DNA from: Terriglobia bacterium
Lineage (GTDB): Bacteria > Acidobacteriota > Terriglobia > 20CM-2-55-15
Direction: 5' to 3'
DNA: 64,000 nt
Assembly: GCA_963664115.2 (NCBI GenBank)
Contig: CAXWPJ010000005.1
Span: forward strand, 192,001-256,000
In this document: one piece after another, positions 59,211 to 64,000 of the stretch
Layout of the letters: every line of letters begins with the position of its first letter
Position numbering within the stretch: position 1 is the first letter of the stretch
Translations under genes and position numbers: made by a program
Notes under the pieces: generated by a model
What the model was told of the DNA's origin: nothing
Databases searched by the model: none
Seen by the model: only the letters and a program-made list of their open reading frames with translations

Positions 59211-60455
59211 ATGACGCCGCAATCCTCTCTGATTCAGGTCTTCCGGAACCGGAAAATGGGCTTCCTGCTCCTCCTGAGCTTTTCCTCAGGCATGCCCTTT
59301 TATCTCACCAGGGGGCCGCTGCAGGCCTGGTTGACACTGGAGGGCGTCCCCCTGACGACGGTCGGACTACTGAGCCTTGTCGGCTTGCCGTATGCAGTGA
59401 AGTTCCTGTGGTCGCCCATATTGGACCGCTTTACGTTTTCAGGTCTTGGACGCCGGCGCGGATGGATGGCCCTGTCCCAGCTTCTGCTGTTGGGGGCCAT
59501 CGCATCAATGGCCTTCGGACGGCCCGGGACCAGCATCTCTTTCATAGCCATTCTAGCCCTCATCATCGCGTTTCTGAGTGCCACACAGGACATCGCAGTC
59601 GACGCCTACCGGACCGACGTCCTTGATCCCCACGAAATGGGCGCCGGCGCGGGCATCACGGCGCTGGGATACCGCATTGCCCTTATTCTTACCGGTGGCG
59701 GTGCTTTTATCCTCGCCGACTACACATCATGGCCTCGTGTTTACCTCATCATGGCCGCTTTCATGCTCGTCGGCCTGATGGCTTCCCTCCGTGCTCCCGA
59801 ACCCGAGAACCCGGGCCAGCCACCGGCCTCTCTCAGCGAAGCGGTCCGCGCACCGTTCTCCGAATTCTGGAAACGATTCGGCGCCGGCCCCGCTGTCCTC
59901 GTGTTGTCGTTTATCGCGCTCTATAAACTGGGAGACGCCCTGATCACGAACATGACGACGCCCTTCTTGCTCCAAACAGGTTTCACGCAGACTGAAATCG
60001 GGTTGGTTCAGGGAGTGGTCGGCTTAAGCGCCTCCATCGTCGGAGCCCTGGCTGGCGGGGCACTGTTGAGCCGAATGGAAATCTTGCGCGCGCTCTGGAT
60101 TTTCGGCCTGCTTCAGGCAGGAACCAACCTTCTATATATGATCCTCGCCCAGGCAGGACACCACTACCCGCTGATGATCCTCACGATCACTGTTGAAAAT
60201 TTCTGTTCCGGTCTCGGCACCGCAGCATTCCTGGCCTTCCTGATGCGTCTCTGCAACCACAATTTCTCAGCGACTCAGTATGCCCTGCTGTCCTCGCTGT
60301 GGGCGTTTACCCGAGACGTCGGTGCGGCTCCGGCAGGTGGGATGGCCGAAATAATGGGCTGGCCTTTTTTCTTTCTGACAACCTTCTTCGTTGCTCTGCC
60401 GGCCCTGGTTTTATTAAGGGTTCTGGTTCGCAATACGCTCCCGGATACCGTCTGA
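59211..60455 (+). CDS. ampG: AmpG muropeptide MFS permease
   Basis: KFLWSP..DR, GRRRGW, SATQDIAVDAYR and ATQYALLSS. Confidence 0.9.
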   Translation: MTPQSSLIQVFRNRKMGFLLLLSFSSGMPFYLTRGPLQAWLTLEGVPLTTVGLLSLVGLPYAVKFLWSPILDRFTFSGLGRRRGWMALSQLLLLGAIASMAFGRPGTSISFIAILALIIAFLSATQDIAVDAYRTDVLDPHEMGAGAGITALGYRIALILTGGGAFILADYTSWPRVYLIMAAFMLVGLMASLRAPEPENPGQPPASLSEAVRAPFSEFWKRFGAGPAVLVLSFIALYKLGDALITNMTTPFLLQTGFTQTEIGLVQGVVGLSASIVGALAGGALLSRMEILRALWIFGLLQAGTNLLYMILAQAGHHYPLMILTITVENFCSGLGTAAFLAFLMRLCNHNFSATQYALLSSLWAFTRDVGAAPAGGMAEIMGWPFFFLTTFFVALPALVLLRVLVRNTLPDTV

Positions 60456-60746
60456 AACGAGCCCGTCCAGCCAGTTTCAATTTCGGAAGGGATGTGGTAC
60501 GGTCGAGCCCTTATTTTGAAGATGCTGTGATTTAGTGGGGGCCGGACCCCAAAAACACTTCACGATCTTAAAACCAGACGACGGCGGTCTCGATCTGCGA
60601 TTCGCACGGGCAACCCGCATGGCCGGCTTCGAAACGGTGGCACCGAGTGCAACCCATCGAAATCTGATCAGGCGCCTGGTTGGCAAATCAGGTCGCACAG
60701 CCCACAGATTGGAGTCCGTCACGAGTACTGAACCAGAGGAGGGACG

Positions 60747-61526
60747 ATGAGCGGATTGGAGGCAATTTTCCGATGGATGCATGTCTTCGTAGGAATCATC
60801 TGGATTGGGCACCTCTACTTCTTCAACTGGGTCAACGGCCCGATGGCGGCCAAGCTTGACGGCCCGACCAAGAAAGCTGTCGTTCCCGAACTGATGCCAC
60901 GGGCACTGTACTGGTTCCGCTGGGGAGCGGCATGGACGTGGATCACTGGCGTGCTCCTGCTGGGTCTGGTCTATTACATGGGCGAACAGACGCTGGCCAC
61001 AGGCGCGACCTGGTCGGCCGGCCCGATCATCATGATCGCGGTCTCCTTCCTCGCCGTCTTCGTATACGACGGTCTCTGGAAAACAAGTATCGCTGGCAAC
61101 GTGCGGGCCGCGGTGATAGTGACCTTTCTGCTGCTCTCCGTCGTGGTCGCGCTGTTCGTCTATCTCGGCGAATTCAGCTTCCGTGGGACCTTGATTCATA
61201 CCGGAGTCGTGTTTGGCACGGCGATGGCGTTCAACGTCTGGGTCCGTATCTGGCCGGCGCAGCAAAAAATCATACGCGCGATCAAGAACGGCGAAGCGCC
61301 AGACGGTGATCTGGTCAAACTTGCCGGACTACGGTCCAAGCACAATACCTACATGTCGCTGCCGCTGCTGTGGGCCATGCTCGGGCAACACACGACCTTT
61401 TTCGCGGGAGGAAATCTGGGAATTCCCTCCGACCTCTACTGGGTGTTCTGGCTGTTCATGATTGCGCTGGGATGGCACATCGTATTCCACTGCTACAAGA
61501 AGGCCGGGAAGGTCCCGGGCTTCTAA
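60747..61526 (+). CDS. Urate hydroxylase PuuD-like membrane protein (no cytochrome c domain seen)
   Basis: RW.H...GI.WIG..YFF, WFRW.A..TWITG, NVW..IWP.Q and RS.HN.Y. Confidence 0.82.
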   Translation: MSGLEAIFRWMHVFVGIIWIGHLYFFNWVNGPMAAKLDGPTKKAVVPELMPRALYWFRWGAAWTWITGVLLLGLVYYMGEQTLATGATWSAGPIIMIAVSFLAVFVYDGLWKTSIAGNVRAAVIVTFLLLSVVVALFVYLGEFSFRGTLIHTGVVFGTAMAFNVWVRIWPAQQKIIRAIKNGEAPDGDLVKLAGLRSKHNTYMSLPLLWAMLGQHTTFFAGGNLGIPSDLYWVFWLFMIALGWHIVFHCYKKAGKVPGF

Positions 61527-61537
61527 AAGAAATTGGG

Positions 61538-61578
61538 AACGGAGCCCGAACCCGCGTTCTGCGGATTCCGGCTCCGTC
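61538..61578. terminator. Stem-loop after the PuuD-like gene
   Basis: ACGGAGCC...GGCTCCGT hairpin with no clear U-tract. Confidence 0.45.
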
Positions 61579-61678
61579 ACCGTTTCACCCTCTCCACCTC
61601 GAAAGCTCCCACCATGTCGGAACCACTCGCGTCGTATAATTGTTGGACGACAAGGTTGCCGTCCCCACCCTCGAGCTT

Positions 61679-63136
61679 ATGAAACTAGCCGACTCTAAAA
61701 GCGAAGCCAGAATCCTGATCGTTGGAGCCGGGACCACTGGGCGGGAGCTGCTGCGTCGTCTGGCCCCGGTCTGGCCCGTTGCTATCGTTGATATCGATCC
61801 AGAAAAACTGGAACGTCTTGCGGACGACGTCGATTCCGAGCAGGTTCACACGACGGTCGGAGACGGGACGAGCCGCCTCGTACTGGAACAGGCCGGCATT
61901 ACCCAGGTCGATTACGTCGTCGCAGTAACCGACCGCGACCCGACCAACCTGGAAGTCTGCCGCCTGGCTCGAGAGGACTTCGACAAATCCAACTTGTACG
62001 CGGCTGTCGTCAGCTTTGCCGAACGGGACCGATACGGGCAGGCCGGGATTGATTTTGTGACGCCATCCTATGCCGCGGCCGTCAGCCTGGAGCACCAGGT
62101 ACTGCATGGAGTCGGTACGTCCCTCACTGCGGCGGAAGCGCGCGGTGAAGTGGTCGAGGTGAGCGTCCTTCCCTCCTCTCCGATGATAGGGCGGCCGCTG
62201 TCTTCTGTCCGCTCACGGCGATGGCATGTCGGTGCGATCTACCGAAACGACTTACTGGTGGTTCCCACGGGATCGACACGAATCGAGGCCGAGGATCGCG
62301 TGGTTCTGATCGGTGAAAAGGAAATCCTGCCGTCGATCGGGCAGTTCTTCAGACTCGGCGAGCCGGAGTTTCCCCTGGAGTTCGGTTCCAACGTCATGGT
62401 GCTCACCGAAAGTGCCCTGGACTTCGGGCACATCGTCGGTGAACTGGGCTATGTGCTGGGCCACAGCCGGGCACGCGGCGTCGAAGTCCTGTTTTGGCCC
62501 CATGAACCGGGTCTCGAAGAAGCGTTGGAGCGAACGCTTCAGGAACACGGCATCGAGTCGTCAACGCTGGCAGTCTTTGGCGACTACGGCAGCGTTGCCG
62601 CAAAGCATGTCGTCACGCATGACTGTGGATTTCTCGTCGTTCCTGACGAACGATTTCGATTCCTGGAACGCCTGGGTCTGCGCCGGACTGCACTGGCGTC
62701 CATTTTCAAGCAGATGGACTCTCCAATGGCAATCCTGCGCGGCAGTGATCCTTATCGCAAGATCCTGCTTCCGATAACCGAAGCCGAAGCATCAATGGAC
62801 GTAGCGCGGCTTGCGTTCGATCTGGCCCGAATCTACGAAGCAAGCGTCACGATCGCCACGGTAACGGCTCCCAGATTCGTCGTCGGCGGACGCGCGATCG
62901 AAGACCAAAAGGCAGCCCTGGAAAAGATCACGCATCTTGCGAACCTCTATCGTCTGGAAGTTGAGCAGCTGCATCGTGAAGGTAACCCGGTAGAGGAAAT
63001 CGTCAACATTTCGAACGATTTCAACCTGTTGGTACTGGCTCATGGGAAAGAACGGAAGCCATCGTTCTTCAATCCCGACGTGAGCCAGCATCTGTTGCGC
63101 CGGGCACCGATCACAACCATCGTGCTTCCAACCTGA
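61679..63136 (+). CDS. TrkA-N/TrkA-C plus universal-stress-domain protein
   Basis: GAG..G, GDGT, a TrkA-C domain and a C-terminal USP-like domain. Confidence 0.85.
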   Translation: MKLADSKSEARILIVGAGTTGRELLRRLAPVWPVAIVDIDPEKLERLADDVDSEQVHTTVGDGTSRLVLEQAGITQVDYVVAVTDRDPTNLEVCRLAREDFDKSNLYAAVVSFAERDRYGQAGIDFVTPSYAAAVSLEHQVLHGVGTSLTAAEARGEVVEVSVLPSSPMIGRPLSSVRSRRWHVGAIYRNDLLVVPTGSTRIEAEDRVVLIGEKEILPSIGQFFRLGEPEFPLEFGSNVMVLTESALDFGHIVGELGYVLGHSRARGVEVLFWPHEPGLEEALERTLQEHGIESSTLAVFGDYGSVAAKHVVTHDCGFLVVPDERFRFLERLGLRRTALASIFKQMDSPMAILRGSDPYRKILLPITEAEASMDVARLAFDLARIYEASVTIATVTAPRFVVGGRAIEDQKAALEKITHLANLYRLEVEQLHREGNPVEEIVNISNDFNLLVLAHGKERKPSFFNPDVSQHLLRRAPITTIVLPT

Positions 63137-63146
63137 ATCGATCCGC

Positions 63147-64000
63147 ATGGACATCACTCAAGCCATCACCCTGCTGGTTATTTCGCTTGGAGCCTTCGTG
63201 GTCCCGCTGTTGAGCGGACGCGTGGGTGTGCCCGCTGCCGTTGGCGAAATTGCGTTCGGAATGTTGGTCGGTCCCTTTGTCCTGGGCGTGGTTGCTGAAA
63301 CAGAATTCTTTGGATTTCTCGCGGAGTTCGGCTTCGCTTTCCTGATGTTCCTGGCCGGACTGGAGTTGGATTTTGCGAACCTGGAGCGCAAGGGCGGGCG
63401 CGTACTCTGGCTGAGCCTCGGTGTTGCCTCCCTCACGATTGGACTGGCCTTTCTGGCCGCTGTCCGTATGGGCTGGTCCCCTTTTTGGGGAATCGTGCTC
63501 GGGGCAACCTCCATTGGCCTCGTCCTGGTAACGCTAAGGGAAACAGGCGCCGCACGATCCGATTTCGGTCAGACGGTTATCCTTGTCGGATCGATCGGCG
63601 AGTTCGGGACGATCATCATCGCAACGCTGTACAACATCGTATTCCGCTTCGGCTTCGGCTTCGCCTTCATCGGAGAGTTGATTCGCCTTATCGCGGTATT
63701 CGCCGTCGCCTATCTGGTCCTGAGGACGCTGCGCCTTTTGGTCTGGTGGTTCCCATCACAGTTCTCGAGAATGATCGATATCGAAGACCCTTCTGAAGTT
63801 GGCGTCCGCGCCGGCCTGGCGCTGATGATCGCGTTTGTCGCAGTATCAGAACTTCTCGGTGTGGAAGCAATCCTTGGGGCCTTTCTGGCCGGAGCGTTGT
63901 TCTCTTTCGTTTTTCGTGAGAAAGGGATTCTGGAAACCAAACTGGCTGGCGTCGGTCATGGTTTCTTTATCCCCGTATTTTTTATCTACGTCGGTGTTAG
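63147..64000 (+). CDS. Cation:proton antiporter (CPA2), truncated by the window end
   Basis: VP..VGEI..G...GP, FLMFLAGLE.D, ATS.G and GAFLAG. Confidence 0.88.
   Translation, partial: MDITQAITLLVISLGAFVVPLLSGRVGVPAAVGEIAFGMLVGPFVLGVVAETEFFGFLAEFGFAFLMFLAGLELDFANLERKGGRVLWLSLGVASLTIGLAFLAAVRMGWSPFWGIVLGATSIGLVLVTLRETGAARSDFGQTVILVGSIGEFGTIIIATLYNIVFRFGFGFAFIGELIRLIAVFAVAYLVLRTLRLLVWWFPSQFSRMIDIEDPSEVGVRAGLALMIAFVAVSELLGVEAILGAFLAGALFSFVFREKGILETKLAGVGHGFFIPVFFIYVGV

Noticed and set aside
60477-61265. 262-aa minus-strand ORF (also 27158..27937 and 40808..41788)
   Set aside because: Antisense shadows of well-supported genes.

Overview
Bacterial chromosomal window of moderately high GC. The gene content (DUF6152 proteins, NHL propellers, carboxypeptidase-regulatory-like proteins, TolB-type kinase remnants) suggests Acidobacteriota; this is inference. 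Positions ~1-39 kb form an IS-rich accessory region with three IS1380 copies, two IS701 copies and one IS1182-like element. Positions ~39-64 kb are mostly housekeeping and envelope genes (M16 peptidases, glycosyltransferase, two-component system with a Spy-like protein, FKBP, AmpG, PuuD-like, TrkA/CPA2). Main observation: from ~1 to 23 kb, unrelated cargo genes sit repeatedly inside hollowed-out shells of one Ser/Thr-kinase/TolB gene family. A complete unit is a ~39-bp inverted repeat, a conserved sigma70 promoter, a kinase N-terminal stub (MESGTKLGHYE...), the cargo gene, a kinase C-terminal stub (...NWFEELKERVPVP*) and the partner inverted repeat; many units are partial. No intact kinase or recombinase is in the window. 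Other finds: a DUF411 gene with an in-frame UGA at a conserved Cys followed by a SECIS-like hairpin (candidate selenoprotein); a 43-aa, 14-Cys metallothionein-like gene missing from the ORF track; and an oxalate/glyoxylate gene block bracketed by orphan IS1182-type ends and two IS701 copies. All calls come from reading the sequence by eye; no database searches were run.
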